A stretch of DNA of 64,000 nucleotides from a virus. A model generated the notes under the pieces. That model was not told the DNA's origin. It saw only the letters and a list, made by a program, of their open reading frames with translations, and did no database searches. Shown one piece after another: positions 28,101-37,760 of this stretch (position 1 is the stretch's first letter; every line of letters begins with the position of its first letter). Position numbers and translations under genes: made by a program. The stretch is from the IMG/VR virus record IMGVR_UViG_3300037067_022550; one strand, 5' to 3'.

Positions 28101-28639
28101 TAAGAAAATAGTGTTGGTTCTTCTTTTTGGTATTCTTTGCTTTCAACTGTTACAATGGTATCATTTTTACTTCCCCCATGTGGAACAAGTAATATCTCTA
28201 TCATTTTGAATCCTCTATTAATTCCTATCCCGTTACTTGACCATCCACAAACAATGGCAATTCCGTTTACTTTTAATATTCTTGCAACTTCGTTTTTACA
28301 ATCTCCCCAGTATCCCATATTAGCTACAGATTTTTCTAGTTTATCTTCACCAAATTTATCGTAACACATTGCTGCTTGACTAATTGAATATGGAGGATCA
28401 TAGAGAATAAGATCGGCTGAATTACTTGACATTAATTTTAAAAAAGACAAGCCGTCCAAATGGTAATTAGTGTCAAATTTGGGATTTAAATCGTTTGTTA
28501 TTGTTCCGTATTTGCTTTGATTAGCAAAAGGATCTATAATTACTTGTGAATTTTTTGAATATTTTTCAATTATTCTTTTTATAGGCTTTATTTTAAAAGT
28601 AAATCTACTAGGCATTGCCCATGTTCTATTAATCTCCAT
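28097..28639 (-). CDS. DNA methyltransferase (N6-adenine/N4-cytosine, DPPY motif)
   Basis: IIDPFANQS (motif I-like) then LILYDPPYS (motif IV). Confidence 0.7.
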   Translation of the reverse strand: MEINRTWAMPSRFTFKIKPIKRIIEKYSKNSQVIIDPFANQSKYGTITNDLNPKFDTNYHLDGLSFLKLMSSNSADLILYDPPYSISQAAMCYDKFGEDKLEKSVANMGYWGDCKNEVARILKVNGIAIVCGWSSNGIGINRGFKMIEILLVPHGGSKNDTIVTVESKEYQKEEPTLFSY

Positions 28640-28656
28640 AGTCTGCCTTTAGGTGT

Positions 28657-29106
28657 TCATTTTCTCCATAACTTTCTAACATTTTCCCATTCTTTAATAT
28701 CACATGGTTTACCTAGTGGAGAGCAATGCCTAAGATTGGGTAAATTTTTACAACGGGAATAATCAGAAAAGGCATCATTAACATCATTTCTGATTTGTTT
28801 TTTTGTAATTTCATCAAACAGAAACCAATTATCAATAATATAACGGCATGTATCTGAAACAACAGATGCCGGTTTTTTAAAAGCATATCTAATAGCATTA
28901 ATCAATATCCATTCTGGCATTAATTTTATTCTTGACTCTGAATATATTGGAGTTTTACTAGCACATGAATAAATTAATTTAGATGATTCTCTTAAAACGC
29001 ATTCTATGTGATTTCTCCAATGAGTTTCTGGTTGTTGTCTAAGCCATTCAATATCTTCAGAGATTAATTCGTCATATTTTTCCCTATTTAATTGTATTTC
29101 TGACAT
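28657..29106 (-). CDS. hypothetical protein
   Basis: 149-aa ORF. Confidence 0.5.
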   Translation of the reverse strand: MSEIQLNREKYDELISEDIEWLRQQPETHWRNHIECVLRESSKLIYSCASKTPIYSESRIKLMPEWILINAIRYAFKKPASVVSDTCRYIIDNWFLFDEITKKQIRNDVNDAFSDYSRCKNLPNLRHCSPLGKPCDIKEWENVRKLWRK

Positions 29107-29116
29107 TATTTTATCC

Positions 29117-29320
29117 TTATTTAAATCCAGGGAATAGATTTTTAAAAAAATCTGGCATACTAGTTGAGCTTTTTTGTTTCTGTTCTATTTTTGCCATTTT
29201 ATCTAAAGTTTCATATCTTGATATACATTTATCACAAAGTATTTTTGAGTTTTTACGAATAGAACTCCCAGATTTTATTTCAGCAACGAATTTATTACAG
29301 CCATGACAATATAGTTTCAT
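29117..29320 (-). CDS. zinc-ribbon protein
   Basis: CHGCNK...CDKC. Confidence 0.45.
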   Translation of the reverse strand: MKLYCHGCNKFVAEIKSGSSIRKNSKILCDKCISRYETLDKMAKIEQKQKSSTSMPDFFKNLFPGFK

Positions 29321-29559
29321 TTTATTTCCATAGTTGGCTTTGGAGGTATTGCTATTGAAGGTTTTTTTTGTGGAGGGGATATTTCATGTTCTTCTTTAAA
29401 AGCTTTATTTCTAAGATTCCAATCTGGGCTTGTTATAAAACCTAATTTTTTACCATTTTGGTCTGTAATTCTGATACCTATATTTTCCTCTTTACAAGGA
29501 TATGCAAATGAATCTTCTGGAAATTTTTTTAATTCGTTTATAAGAGAGATAGATTTCAT
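29317..29559 (-). CDS. hypothetical protein
   Basis: 80-aa ORF. Confidence 0.45.
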   Translation of the reverse strand: MKSISLINELKKFPEDSFAYPCKEENIGIRITDQNGKKLGFITSPDWNLRNKAFKEEHEISPPQKKPSIAIPPKPTMEIK

Positions 29560-29598
29560 TTTAGTTCCCTGGATATTTATATATTTTTATAAACAAAT

Positions 29599-29637
29599 CA
29601 ACTAGTACCTAAATATTATATAAATAGGTACTAGTTG
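29599..29637. terminator. 12-bp perfect palindrome (CAACTAGTACCT / AGGTACTAGTTG) with 15-nt AT loop; putative terminator or protein-binding site
   Basis: Seen directly. Lies just downstream (minus strand) of the small ORF 29657-29797. Confidence 0.4.
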
Positions 29638-29656
29638 TTAGATTTAATTGCTGTCC

Positions 29657-29797
29657 TTAAGCTTGTGCAGAATGATCTACAACAGGGGCAGTTTGGGACA
29701 CTACTTTAACTTTATTTTTAGACCCTTTAGGGCGACCTCTACCACGCTTAACTTCTTTGGGGGCTTCTGTTACTACTGTGTTTGTCTGTTCGTTCAT
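29657..29797 (-). CDS. 46-aa AT-hook-like DNA-binding protein (…KRGRGRPKGSKNKVKV…)
   Basis: AAAGGAG RBS. RGRPKGSKNK shared with N-terminus of 3583-4089. Confidence 0.45.
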   Translation of the reverse strand: MNEQTNTVVTEAPKEVKRGRGRPKGSKNKVKVVSQTAPVVDHSAQA

Positions 29798-29865
29798 TAT
29801 TTTTTCTCCTTTGTTTTGTTGACTACTTTCCAACATTATACATTATTTTAATAAAATTTAATTAT

Positions 29866-30123
29866 TTATTTTCTACCTTTGAAAATTACTATATTTAAAA
29901 AAACATCAGTTGTTTTTTTAATTTTATCTATATTTTTCTCAATAAAATTTAAAACAGAGAAATATAAAGTAATTGGCCATATCGTTAAAAATACTATATA
30001 AAGAAAAATTAATCCAATAGTGATGTCTTTTTTACATAAATGACGAATAATCAAAGACATTATTGAAATTATTATTCCTATTATAAAATATAACCAAATA
30101 TAAAGTTGGAAGTTAATATCCAT
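29866..30123 (-). CDS. small membrane protein
   Basis: Three hydrophobic segments in 85 aa. Confidence 0.5.
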   Translation of the reverse strand: MDINFQLYIWLYFIIGIIISIMSLIIRHLCKKDITIGLIFLYIVFLTIWPITLYFSVLNFIEKNIDKIKKTTDVFLNIVIFKGRK

Positions 30124-30142
30124 AGGTATTTTATATATTTTC

Positions 30143-30469
30143 TTATTTTTCTTTTGTTGTTTTCCAATCGCGTTGATTCCAAATTCTTATTCCTCTAGCT
30201 TTTCTTTCTGCATGGGCTAATTTCCAAGCTTCATCTGAAAGTTTGCACCAATGTGTGCTAACACTATATTTTGCATCAAGACCAGTTATATATTTACTTG
30301 CAATTCTTCCAAACTCTATAAATCCTTCTTTATTCCATTTTTCAGCTATTTTATTATCTTCTTCATTCATATGCTTGACATCAATTTTACCCCATTTATC
30401 TACAGAGCAATTTTCAAAAAATAGCAACAAACTTCTTTCGTTTTTTGTCATTGTTTCTAGTGTTTTCAC
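30143..30469 (-). CDS. hypothetical protein
   Basis: 108-aa ORF. Confidence 0.5.
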   Translation of the reverse strand: MKTLETMTKNERSLLLFFENCSVDKWGKIDVKHMNEEDNKIAEKWNKEGFIEFGRIASKYITGLDAKYSVSTHWCKLSDEAWKLAHAERKARGIRIWNQRDWKTTKEK

Positions 30470-30480
30470 AGTTTTATTCC

Positions 30481-30690
30481 TTATTTTAAGACTTGTTTAG
30501 CTTCTTTTTCTGTGCATATTTCATAATCAAATTTTTTCCAAAATTCTGGCTCTGAATTGCCTCCATTCCATTGTTTCCCGTTTTTAGAAAACCAAATAGG
30601 ATAATGATTTTTTTCAAAACAAGCTACTATGCCTATTTCATTATCTTTCAACCATGGGTGTTCTTTTTTAACTTTTATCCATGTTTTCAT
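30481..30690 (-). CDS. hypothetical protein
   Basis: 69-aa ORF. Confidence 0.45.
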   Translation of the reverse strand: MKTWIKVKKEHPWLKDNEIGIVACFEKNHYPIWFSKNGKQWNGGNSEPEFWKKFDYEICTEKEAKQVLK

Positions 30691-30705
30691 AATTTAAAAT
30701 TATAA

Positions 30706-30924
30706 TCACCAAATTACAAATACATCAATAACTTTATTTGATTTCTTATTTTTATTTCCTTCACCATAATATTCCCACATTTCTTTTGTTCTGGGGTCAA
30801 TTTCAGCAGGTTCTTTAGATACACTTTGGACTTTGTTATATGAATGATCTGAACCTGTAGTTACGATTGCTACATTATCTGGAACCCCTTCAAGTTCTTT
30901 TTTAAGTTGTCCGACAGTTATCAT
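30706..30924 (-). CDS. hypothetical protein
   Basis: 72-aa ORF. Confidence 0.45.
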   Translation of the reverse strand: MITVGQLKKELEGVPDNVAIVTTGSDHSYNKVQSVSKEPAEIDPRTKEMWEYYGEGNKNKKSNKVIDVFVIW

Positions 30925-31205
30925 GTCTTTACTCCTTTATGAATTCTTTTCCTCTCTGCCTTCCATGATTTCCAAGCCCTCTTATTTGTATTTCCTGTGA
31001 ATTTACTTTTACAACAACATGACTGCCAATCTCCCACTACTCCACATTCAATATTAGAACAAACAACTCTAGATTTATCTCCCATACATCCTATTTGTTG
31101 TTTTGATTCTATTGTCATAGGGGATTTACAACGGGGGCATAATAGCCTATCATTTATTTGTAAATGATTAGTAAAATTAATTATCTTTTCTTTTTTAGTT
31201 TCCAT
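30921..31205 (-). CDS. cysteine-rich zinc-binding protein
   Basis: CPRCKS...CMGD...CSNIEC...CCCKS. Confidence 0.5.
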   Translation of the reverse strand: METKKEKIINFTNHLQINDRLLCPRCKSPMTIESKQQIGCMGDKSRVVCSNIECGVVGDWQSCCCKSKFTGNTNKRAWKSWKAERKRIHKGVKT

Positions 31206-31209
31206 AAAA

Positions 31210-32322
31210 TTAGCAAGCTTCCCGTAATATATTTAAGTATTCCAATACCTTTTCATAGCTCCAAGCATGAATGTAATTGTCGCCTTGCGTTACATTTTCT
31301 TTTGAAAAATCTGGATTTAAAATGGTTTTTAAATTGCTCCAATCAATATTTACAACTCTTTTTCTCCATCCGATTTTTATTGTTCCAAATTGAGTTATAA
31401 ATTTATACCAAGGAGAACATTCTATACATTCACAATATTCGTTTTTTACAGGCAAAACACTTTTAATTATGAAATCTGCTTTGTGGAATATTTCGTTGAA
31501 TTTCTCTAAAATTTCATGTTCGTTTTTTAATTTATAGCAATTCTTATGAAAATATTGACTTGTGTGAAACAATAGTTTATCTCCTTCTTCCATTGGATCA
31601 GCCAAAGAACATTTAACCCATCCATGTTCATTGGATGGCTGTTTTCTCATTATTTCATCTTTTTCCCAAGCAGGATCTGGCTTCAAATCAATATATTTTT
31701 TGTTTTGTAAACTATAATCTGCTAAAAGATAAAATGATTTAAAACTATAGGTTTTACCATCAACAACAATACCATCACAAATACTGTTTCTTTTTGCAGC
31801 ATTAACAAATACTGATCTTGGTTTTCCTATAAAATCTTGAGATGGTGTAAGTTTTTCATAATCATTTTTGCATATAATATCGTGACAATTTTTAATATTC
31901 CATCCAGACTTGCAAAAAGGACATAAAAATTTTGATTTTGGTAGCCAACATGGAGAATAACTAATTGTAGTTTGCCCCACTATTTTTGCGGAAATATTGT
32001 TTTGTATTTCTTTGATTGTTAATGCATTTTGTTCCATTTTTTCATCATAATCTTTAATATATTCCCATAATTTTGACATAGAAATTACGGCAGGAAGATC
32101 TGGTATTTTTTCTATAGGTATAAATGGTTCATTAAATTTCATCAAATTACCGCAAGTGTCTAAAACAAATCTACCCAAAACGCAATACTCAGACAAGCTT
32201 TCTCTACGGTCATATCCAGCTTTGTGACGCTCATCCATCAACATAACGAAACTATCCAAATCTTTAAGATTTGCCAGTATTCTATCAATATCATCGTACC
32301 AAACAGGATTAATAATTTTCAT
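31210..32322 (-). CDS. hypothetical protein
   Basis: 370-aa ORF with several CxxC pairs. Confidence 0.55.
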   Translation of the reverse strand: MKIINPVWYDDIDRILANLKDLDSFVMLMDERHKAGYDRRESLSEYCVLGRFVLDTCGNLMKFNEPFIPIEKIPDLPAVISMSKLWEYIKDYDEKMEQNALTIKEIQNNISAKIVGQTTISYSPCWLPKSKFLCPFCKSGWNIKNCHDIICKNDYEKLTPSQDFIGKPRSVFVNAAKRNSICDGIVVDGKTYSFKSFYLLADYSLQNKKYIDLKPDPAWEKDEIMRKQPSNEHGWVKCSLADPMEEGDKLLFHTSQYFHKNCYKLKNEHEILEKFNEIFHKADFIIKSVLPVKNEYCECIECSPWYKFITQFGTIKIGWRKRVVNIDWSNLKTILNPDFSKENVTQGDNYIHAWSYEKVLEYLNILREAC

Positions 32323-32398
32323 ATTTATACTCTGTAGTCAATAAAATCCTAACATTTTTAGTGGCTGGTTAATTTAGTAACTTTACCAATTGATTCAA

Positions 32399-32626
32399 CT
32401 ATAATTGTTTTTCCAAAAATTCTATGTAACAATCTTTGCAAATGGAGTCGCCAATGTTGTAACGATGCCCAAAATTATGAAAAAAATCAACAAAATTTTT
32501 GTCCATACCGTACGTAAGAGACTTTCTCCCCTTATTGTCTTCTACTTCGCTCTGCATAATGCTTGCTTTGCCTTTATAAACTTTGCAAACAACACATTTT
32601 TTCTTTGCTGAATTTTTCATAATCAT
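32399..32626 (-). CDS. zinc-ribbon protein
   Basis: CVVCKV...CKDC. Confidence 0.45.
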   Translation of the reverse strand: MIMKNSAKKKCVVCKVYKGKASIMQSEVEDNKGRKSLTYGMDKNFVDFFHNFGHRYNIGDSICKDCYIEFLEKQL

Positions 32627-32656
32627 CCTAGCATCTTTAGTAGCTGAATAGTTTAT

Positions 32657-33490
32657 TTAAATAAAAACAGCATTTTTTTCTTTGTGAATAACTAAATCTT
32701 CTGTAAGCATATTGTGCCATTCTTTTGCTGTAACTTTAAAGGAAGCAAAAGTTGTTGCGTTATTTTCTGCCCAAGAACATAATCCTTCCAATGAAGAAAA
32801 TACTGGAGATATTGGAGATCCTTCGCTGGTATTTTCCCAAAGCTGGAAACCCTTGCCTTTTGGAGGTTCTTCCCTTTGCCATTTTTCGTGAAGTTTTCTT
32901 ATTTCTTCTGATTGCCAAATTTCTCCCTCACCTTTACAATACTTACATTTACCATAAACTCCCAGCCTTTTAGCCCTAGTTTCAATGCATATCCAGGAAT
33001 TAATAGAATCGTGTCCCATTCCACCAGATATACTCCATTTATTAACTTCTTCTGCTGTGGGGTGATACGGGGGATTTTTTTCTTGCCAACCTTTTGTCTT
33101 ATCCCAAATATGTGTAAAATCAATTAACCTATTATTTTTTACTAAAGCATCTACTTCGTCTTGGGTAAGATGATGACTCCAAGCCTTGTTATTATATCTA
33201 TATTTTGGACTCACCTGTATCCATTCTACTTCATCATTAGAAAAACCGTACCAATTATCAGACAATTTTTTGGTAGCTGGGTTTAGACCAGTATTGCCAC
33301 ATGATTTGCATTCTTGGGAGTTATAAGGGTTTATATAACCCTTCCATACTTGATTTAAAGGCCAATCAAAATTCATAGGAACTCTTTTTAATTGTCTACC
33401 CATATTATTTTTTATCCTTAATAAGATATTTTGTGCATAATTTTTCTTTTCAATAAAACAAACAATGGCATAAAAAATATATAAAGTCAA
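32657..33490 (-). CDS. hypothetical protein
   Basis: 277-aa ORF with CKSCGN / CKYCKG pairs. Last gene of the minus-strand block. Confidence 0.55.
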   Translation of the reverse strand: MTLYIFYAIVCFIEKKNYAQNILLRIKNNMGRQLKRVPMNFDWPLNQVWKGYINPYNSQECKSCGNTGLNPATKKLSDNWYGFSNDEVEWIQVSPKYRYNNKAWSHHLTQDEVDALVKNNRLIDFTHIWDKTKGWQEKNPPYHPTAEEVNKWSISGGMGHDSINSWICIETRAKRLGVYGKCKYCKGEGEIWQSEEIRKLHEKWQREEPPKGKGFQLWENTSEGSPISPVFSSLEGLCSWAENNATTFASFKVTAKEWHNMLTEDLVIHKEKNAVFI

Positions 33491-33534
33491 GTATTATTTT
33501 GTTTTAAATTATCAACTTTTTAACGGAATGTCTC

Positions 33535-33562
33535 TTGAAACGAAAGTAATCTACAATAAAAT
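33535..33562 (+). promoter_or_regulatory. sigma70-like promoter (TTGAAA-16nt-TAAAAT) in divergent intergenic region
   Basis: Seen directly upstream of the plus-strand paralog array. Confidence 0.35.
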
Positions 33563-33630
33563 TATTGATTAGTCAAATAAATAATTATTTATTTTGAAGT
33601 ATTTTTTTCATTTTAACAGAATAATAATAG

Positions 33631-34959
33631 ATGCAAATAATAAGAATATCTTCCAATTTAATGAATCCAATATTAATGACTAGTAAACTTTTTAGAGACA
33701 TTTTTAAAAAGCTTGGTACGAAGCAACCCTATAATGAAGAACTTTACAATTCTAAGATCCAGAAATTTTTGGATAAAAATAATTTTGTAATAAACACAAT
33801 TCGTGCTAATTGGCTATATATTCTATCCTTTAGTCCTTTTGCTTATCAATATATTTATCCAAAATACTTAAAAAAAGAAGAAGAAACAATTAATGAAACC
33901 AAAAAGCAAACAATTGCAGCTTATGTCTCTGGAAACATAAATATTATTTCAAGAGTTTATAATGACAAAGAGATCATGGAGTTGTTTGCTAATGATAAGC
34001 AAAAGACAACTGAATTATATAATGCATTTATTTATTCTATACATTTTCTTAAAAATATATTAAATAATTATTCTACTTATTGCCCTTCAGTGATTAAAAA
34101 TACAGAAAATTTATTAAAGTTCAAAGATATAGCAAGGGAAGAAGTAGTAAAAATGGTTAGTTTCTTTACTATTAATGTTCCTGATATTTCTAGTTTTGGT
34201 TCTGTTATTTCTACTTTTGAAAATTTACCTGAGGAACTTAAAACTCCAAAAGCTGAAAAGATTTTAATAGAAAGGATATGTTCTGCTCTTGAATCAGATC
34301 CTACCTATTATTCAAAAAAACTAATAGATGAAGATAAATTTAAGAAGTTTAGATTTTTGCCTCAAATAATTGAAGCTACAAAAGTTGGTTGGATAAAACT
34401 GCTTGAAAATCTTATGAGCAAACCAACGGATATAGGAGACAATGGTTCTACAATAATTACAATATTCCCTGGTTTTTTAGAATATACTTGTATTCCTCCA
34501 GAATTTAAAACAGACCCAAGGATTATGGCTATTAGAGAAAGGGTTAAAAAACAGATGGTGACTTTTCTTAATAATAATTTTAAAAATGTATTTAATACAA
34601 CTTTTGGTGATTCCGCAATTCTTACTCCACAACAAAAACAAGAATTAGAAATTTTAATAAATGAATTTAGAGATGAAGATTTTATGGTATCTCTTTATTG
34701 GAAAGAAAAAGAAAAATTAAAAGAATATCTTCCGCTAAAAGAAAAAATGAGTGGTAATGTAACAATTAAATTTATTCAAGATTATTCTGCTATAATTACT
34801 GGGCAGGACGGCCAAATAAAAGAACCTAAAAATTTTGCTGCCGGAGATATAGAGAGCGTTTATGTTCTTAAAGATATGATGAATTATATACGTGTTGAAC
34901 TTAAAGACGGTTCTATAATTGATTTATTAGACAAGAGTTCTTTTGAGATATTACCATGA
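33631..34959 (+). CDS. paralog-family protein 1 (DEDFMVS / IPPEFKT motifs)
   Basis: Shares LINEFRDEDFMVSLYWKEK and IPPEFKTD with the next gene. Confidence 0.6.
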   Translation: MQIIRISSNLMNPILMTSKLFRDIFKKLGTKQPYNEELYNSKIQKFLDKNNFVINTIRANWLYILSFSPFAYQYIYPKYLKKEEETINETKKQTIAAYVSGNINIISRVYNDKEIMELFANDKQKTTELYNAFIYSIHFLKNILNNYSTYCPSVIKNTENLLKFKDIAREEVVKMVSFFTINVPDISSFGSVISTFENLPEELKTPKAEKILIERICSALESDPTYYSKKLIDEDKFKKFRFLPQIIEATKVGWIKLLENLMSKPTDIGDNGSTIITIFPGFLEYTCIPPEFKTDPRIMAIRERVKKQMVTFLNNNFKNVFNTTFGDSAILTPQQKQELEILINEFRDEDFMVSLYWKEKEKLKEYLPLKEKMSGNVTIKFIQDYSAIITGQDGQIKEPKNFAAGDIESVYVLKDMMNYIRVELKDGSIIDLLDKSSFEILP

Positions 34960-35936
34960 AAATAATTAAAATAGCACAAATAAGCCAACAAGATGATGAA
35001 ATGTCCCTAAGAAATGTCTTTGAAGAAATAAAAGGGCAAGTTTCTCATTATAATGATGTATCTTTAAATAATGATTTTTATGTCAGTATTTTAAAATTAA
35101 GAGAAATATGTAAAAGAAGACCAGATTTAATTTTATTTCCAATAAAGAAATTATGGTTAGATTTAATAAGAGATAATAAGTCATATTTATACAAATTTAT
35201 AATCCCTGAAAGTCTTAAAAATGAGCAAGATATAAAGAATCTAGTAAGAAATGAAATTTTAGAAGAGTATGAAAATTATCTACAAACTGCCATAGAACTA
35301 ATGATTAGATATGATGAAACCGAAAAAATATTTATAGAAAATGATTTACATTTAACGGGGGCTTTTTCAGAATATATTATAAAATATCCGGAAAACTATA
35401 AAAAGCACAGACCAAAGGCTTTAACTGCCCATTATTTGGACAACACTTTTTTTTGGGAAGCTCTGTCTAATTTTACCAAAAAATTTAATTTATCTAATTA
35501 TCCAGATGCACTACTTGCACTACTGACTTATAAAACCATCCCACCAGAATTTAAAACAGAACATGTTATAAAACACATAGAAAAATTCTTGATAAGTCTG
35601 TTTTTAAGAGAGCCGTATCTTTATGAAAAAGAGTGTCCTCTTGATTTTAAAAAAAATGGAGAAATATTAAAAAGTAGAAAAACAGGTTGGATAAATCTTT
35701 TAGATCAAAAAAGCCCCCTTTTATATGGTAGTTTGCCAAAAGATTTAAAACAAGATGAAGACTTTTTTAGGTACAGAGAACCAGCTAAAAAGGCTTTAAT
35801 GGGGAAATTATTACATCCCAAAGAAGAAAAAGATCCTTCTATTCAAGTCTATGTTGATTTATTATTAGAAGAATTTAAGGACGAAGATTTTATGGTTTCT
35901 GCATTTTGGAAAAACAAACATAATGAAAATAATTAA
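34956..35936 (+). CDS. paralog-family protein 2
   Basis: MKIIKIAQ N-terminus, IPPEFKTE, EFKDEDFMVSAFWKNK; ATGA overlap with gene 1. Confidence 0.6.
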   Translation: MKIIKIAQISQQDDEMSLRNVFEEIKGQVSHYNDVSLNNDFYVSILKLREICKRRPDLILFPIKKLWLDLIRDNKSYLYKFIIPESLKNEQDIKNLVRNEILEEYENYLQTAIELMIRYDETEKIFIENDLHLTGAFSEYIIKYPENYKKHRPKALTAHYLDNTFFWEALSNFTKKFNLSNYPDALLALLTYKTIPPEFKTEHVIKHIEKFLISLFLREPYLYEKECPLDFKKNGEILKSRKTGWINLLDQKSPLLYGSLPKDLKQDEDFFRYREPAKKALMGKLLHPKEEKDPSIQVYVDLLLEEFKDEDFMVSAFWKNKHNENN

Positions 35937-36612
35937 AATTACACAAAAAAATAATTCTAATGATTGGATAAAGCAAGGATTTGTTGTTGCCAAAACTATA
36001 GAAGCAATAAATGAAATTTTCAAGCCATTTTTTAGTGGAACCGGCGTATCAAATATTCAAAGTTTTAGAATAATTGTAGATAAAATAAAACATATTCCAT
36101 TAGAAGAATTACAAAACAAAACAGTTCTTGGGGTATTAAAAGAATATTATTTAGAGGTAATTAAAAAATACACTTTAATATATCTAGATTATTTATTTTA
36201 TGACGAAATTTATCCTGAATCTCTCAAAAAAGATCCCTATATTTTAAAAGAAATTAAAAAAGTTGTTTTAAAATCTTATAATGAATATGCTTATAAGAGT
36301 TATGAACTCAACAATAAGATATTTAAAATGCTTAAACGTTTTAAAAATGATGATTTTATTATGAGTATTTTGTATAAAAAAATGTATAATAAAATGGGGC
36401 AAGAAAATAAAGATTTGATGAAAATAATTGAAGAAATAAAAATAGAAAAAGAAAGATCTAAAAAAATACACAGAATATTAGAGTTCTATTCTCTTACTCA
36501 CGAAAACCCTTCGGCCTATGAGATGGATATAATAACTAAAGATTTAGGGCAAAAGAATAATGGAGAAATAAATAACTACATAGATAAATATGTAGTTAAG
36601 TGGGGAAAATAA
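35923..36612 (+). CDS. paralog-family protein 3
   Basis: MKIIKITQ N-terminus, RFKNDDFIMSILYKK; 14-nt overlap with gene 2. Confidence 0.6.
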   Translation: MKIIKITQKNNSNDWIKQGFVVAKTIEAINEIFKPFFSGTGVSNIQSFRIIVDKIKHIPLEELQNKTVLGVLKEYYLEVIKKYTLIYLDYLFYDEIYPESLKKDPYILKEIKKVVLKSYNEYAYKSYELNNKIFKMLKRFKNDDFIMSILYKKMYNKMGQENKDLMKIIEEIKIEKERSKKIHRILEFYSLTHENPSAYEMDIITKDLGQKNNGEINNYIDKYVVKWGK

Positions 36613-36657
36613 AATATCCAATGACTAAAGATGTTGTGGTTTCCTTAACTACGGAAA
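36612..36657. repeat. site-family copy B: aaatatccaatg-ACTAAAGATG-ttgtggtttcc + TTTCC/GGAAA hairpin
   Basis: Right half aligns with copy D (ACTAAAGATGTYGKRGTTTCCTT..CTACGGA). Left half differs from A/C. Confidence 0.65.
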
Positions 36658-36867
36658 ATGAAAATTAAAAAAATAGCAGGAAAAATTATTAATAAAGATG
36701 ATGCCATTATGTATATTTTTAATGGTTGTAATGGTGAAGTTTTATTAAAGCTAATACCAGCAGAATATGAAGTCTTATTAAATAAATATAATGAAATAAT
36801 GATGGAAAGAAATAAACCCAAAGACTTGCCCGGACAATTAACTTTTTTTGATGATATTAAAACTTAA
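36658..36867 (+). CDS. hypothetical protein
   Basis: 69-aa ORF starting immediately after copy B. Confidence 0.45.
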   Translation: MKIKKIAGKIINKDDAIMYIFNGCNGEVLLKLIPAEYEVLLNKYNEIMMERNKPKDLPGQLTFFDDIKT

Positions 36868-37531
36868 TTTCTTTTGAAAAAACACTTATATGCACTGCTG
36901 TTCTGTTTCTGGAATAAGAATAAATATTATGGGTAGAAGAAAATCTATCTTGAGCCCATTTAACGGTGTTTTCTACATCAAATATACCGTATAATCTATT
37001 GTGAACTTCCATGCTTGTCCCCAGTGATTTTCTTATTATATCTTCAGAAGGATTGTGATTAAAAATGAAACGCTCTGCTCCTTCGGTATCAATTTTTATA
37101 AATAGCCCATTACAATCTATTTTGTATTTTTCAATTATGTTATTTAGCAAAAGAGATTGGCATTTTTCATTTTCGCTTTCATTTCCGTTTGAATCTGGAG
37201 AAAATTTATGGGTTACTGAAAATTTACCTTTGTTTTTAACAACTTCTTTACCGTTGCCTAGTGCCAAATTGTAGACTTCTACATCCAAATTTTCAGTGTT
37301 TTTTTTGAGCATATCAAAATTAGATTTGTCTGGTTCAATAGCTATTATCCTAGCATTAGGCTGAAAGAATCTGAAAGGGACTGAATAAAAACCTATGTTG
37401 GCTCCCAAATCTAATATTGTCTTAATACTATTTAGCGGGAACAATCTCATGCCATACATATCTGTATAGGGGGTTCCTTTTGTTCTTAATTCTTTAAGCA
37501 ATATGCGTCTTGAATCTCTATTAATTTCCAT
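36857..37531 (-). CDS. FkbM-family methyltransferase
   Basis: ILDLGANIGFYS motif (D[IV]GAN[IV]G) of FkbM/Methyltransf_21. Confidence 0.7.
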   Translation of the reverse strand: MEINRDSRRILLKELRTKGTPYTDMYGMRLFPLNSIKTILDLGANIGFYSVPFRFFQPNARIIAIEPDKSNFDMLKKNTENLDVEVYNLALGNGKEVVKNKGKFSVTHKFSPDSNGNESENEKCQSLLLNNIIEKYKIDCNGLFIKIDTEGAERFIFNHNPSEDIIRKSLGTSMEVHNRLYGIFDVENTVKWAQDRFSSTHNIYSYSRNRTAVHISVFSKEIKF

Positions 37532-37579
37532 TACTATGAATCTCCACTAATTTTATAATAAATATTTCAATAAAAATAA

Positions 37580-37760
37580 TTAAAAACCTGTCAACTACCC
37601 AACCACTAAAGATGGTTAGGCTTGCTCAACCAACGAACTGGGAGCAATAGGTGGATTGACTGCCGCCCGACTTGGATGGCCTGTAGCGTCCAAGTAGTTT
37701 TTAAGTATGTTGCGAGAAGCATTAAGATCAGCATGGATGCAAAGTCCACAGTGACCACAA
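37580..37760 (-). ncRNA. putative TnpB omega-RNA/reRNA region (3' end of tnpB through the right end)
   Basis: Inference from IS200/IS605 biology. GC-richer 3' segment of tnpB with hairpin CTTGGA/TCCAAG at 37671-37694. Confidence 0.3.
37595..37614. repeat. site-family half C: ctacccaacc-ACTAAAGATG abutting the tnpB stop codon
   Basis: 20/20 identity to 20709-20728. Confidence 0.7.
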
